NCBI RefSeq assembly: GCF_009914755.1
Contig: NC_060934.1
Length of the DNA: 64,000 bases
Origin: the human T2T-CHM13v2.0 reference genome, Homo sapiens
Direction: 5' to 3' (one strand)
Shown: positions 61,334 through 64,000 of the stretch, piece after piece
How the letters are laid out: the number at the start of each line of letters is the position of its first letter
How positions within the stretch are numbered: position 1 is the first letter of the stretch
Notes under the pieces: model-generated
Seen by the model: only the letters and a program-made list of their open reading frames with translations
What the model was told of the DNA's origin: nothing
The model's database searches: none
Position numbers and translations under genes: made by a program

Positions 61334-61843
61334 TAACAGGCTCTCTCATTTCCTCTATTTAATATTGGTTATATAAAGGAGTTCCTTCCTTTCCAGATGC
61401 CAGGGCACCAGTAGACATAAACCCTTCCATGTTCACAATTATAAGGAACATTTGGTGAGAGTCGAAGGGAAGAGAAAGTTAAACAAGAGAAACTCTAAAC
61501 CTCTGTAATTTTAGTTGTCGGAAAAAGGATCTAGTTAAAGAAAAGAGCAGTTCATGGCCAAAGCTTCGGGTTCTATGTGTTTAATGCTGACATCACTGAG
61601 GTGGAGTGTCACTCTTCTTTTAAATCAGGAAATTTCTGGGAGCCAAACATCAGATGTAGCTTAGAACACATCCTTTGAATGAAATGCTCCCATATGGCCA
61701 GTGCTTTCCTGCTAAGAGGGCCTATTTTCCATGATTTTCTGTGAAAGTCCTTGAGAGAGCTGTGTTTACCAGAGTAAAATTTCTGGACTTTCTCTCAAGC
61801 ACTCTGCAAAGCACAAACCCCAGTGTTATCTCAAGGCTATTGA

Positions 61844-62077
<234 letters not shown>

Positions 62078-62603
62078 TAGTAGCGTCTACCAGTTACATA
62101 GGCTGTCAGTCCTCAGTCCTTATTCTGTCCTCAGAAATCTTCCTTGAGTTTCAAACTGTTTTCCAAAATTGCATATAACATGCACAACTTTTTATCAGAT
62201 CATGATATATTCAGTATGCCCAGAGGCTTATTAAAAGGTAGGGTTTTATTTTTAAGAATTGTCATCTCAGCCATATGCAATAACGTTCAGAGAACTAGAA
62301 TGGATATTTATATGTGAGTGTGTGTGTGTAGAGGAGTGTTTCAGAGTTCTTCCTTATTCTTGTCTTCCTTTTTGATTGTAATCATCTATAGAGGGCTTCA
62401 ACTTAGCCAGCGGGATTTTGTTGACAATTTGGGGCTTTCCATATTGAAAATACAGCTATATATTTTCTTACTTATGGCTAGAAGTCAAGGATGGCTGTTT
62501 GACCTTTTCTGTTAAAGTGTGAATTTTCAGTTTAATACATTATTCCAACATGTGTTTTGCCTTATTGATTAAAAAGATTATTCTGTCAATACAGATGCGA
62601 TGA

Positions 62604-63003
<400 letters not shown>

Positions 63004-63582
63004 TAATTAGGCTTAATATCAGTCATTATAATTTATTTACAATTACTCTTAACAATAAGAAAAGTATAAATAAGGTGCACATAATGTCCATAAATAAAAC
63101 ACTCCTTTTTTTCCAAGTTATTTTTAACCTCTTCTCCAAAGAAATCTCTCACCAAGAATTGCCACAAGGCAGCTGATCAATGCCATGTATGGAGGTGACT
63201 GGGAAAATAACTTCTGTATTTGCATTGGACAATTTTACATAGCTGTCATTGTACCAGTAAGTACATCTGGTAGAAAAATATAGCCAGACCAGGATTTTTG
63301 TGGATAAAAGAAAGAAAGAATAAACAGTGAATTTTCAACTCAGTTGCACATTTTGGGAATAGATACAACCTAAAAATGTTCAAATAAGTCATCTCAATAC
63401 AAAATCTTTTCACCACTATTTCATAGGAAACTTCCAAACTTAAATATTTCTGGCCCTTAGATCATGGGTTAGCATAACAGGTGGGGACACTTAAAACATA
63501 GAAGGTTCTGCCCTCATCCTCCTGTTAACTGAATAAGAAAGGACTTCCCTGGGGCCAGATGCCTGGAAAACAGAACTTATGA

Positions 63583-63759
<177 letters not shown>

Positions 63760-64000
63760 TAAGGAAAAAAAAAATCTTTCCCAGAAGTTTTGCAGGAACA
63801 GGAAGTTAGTCTTTGGTTTGCAAATCTTATTGCAAAACTATTTGGATCATTTACAGTGTGCTCCATTCTATTATGTTTAAGCTTCCATTTTTAGGATTTT
63901 TTGGTTGTTCTCAAAGGTTGTTCCTTTAAAACTAAGGAACTGAAAAATGGTGTAAAGCCAAGAGAAAGACAGGTCTGTTTCATCTCCACTTGCTCTTTGC

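Overview
Primate, most likely human, genomic DNA containing the 5' half of PAPSS2 (bifunctional 3'-phosphoadenosine 5'-phosphosulfate synthase 2, 10q23) on the + strand. It has about 7.7 kb of upstream sequence, a CpG-island promoter and exon 1 (ATG at 7831, 9 codons). A 49,218-nt intron 1 follows, then coding exons 2-7 (57076-63724). All introns are GT-AG and phase-consistent, giving 865 nt of CDS (MSGIKKQKTENQQK...MHFDTLLD) that covers the APS kinase domain and the start of the ATP sulfurylase domain. The gene continues past the window. The rest is typical mammalian repeat DNA: about 33 Alu/FLAM copies (many with target-site duplications), L1, L2, MIR, hAT MERs, an MLT1 LTR and microsatellites. 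Nearly all ORFs in the supplied track are Alu, L1, microsatellite or chance frames. I cannot support a new multi-gene system here. The best leads: (1) a (GCT)8(GCC)6 5'UTR repeat with in-frame CUG codons; (2) a 124-bp, 85%-identical direct duplication bracketing exon 2; (3) two long intronic inverted repeats; (4) an intron 3 donor running straight into A27; (5) several testable cryptic-splicing or kinase-only isoform routes. Repeat boundaries and subfamily calls are by eye and approximate.
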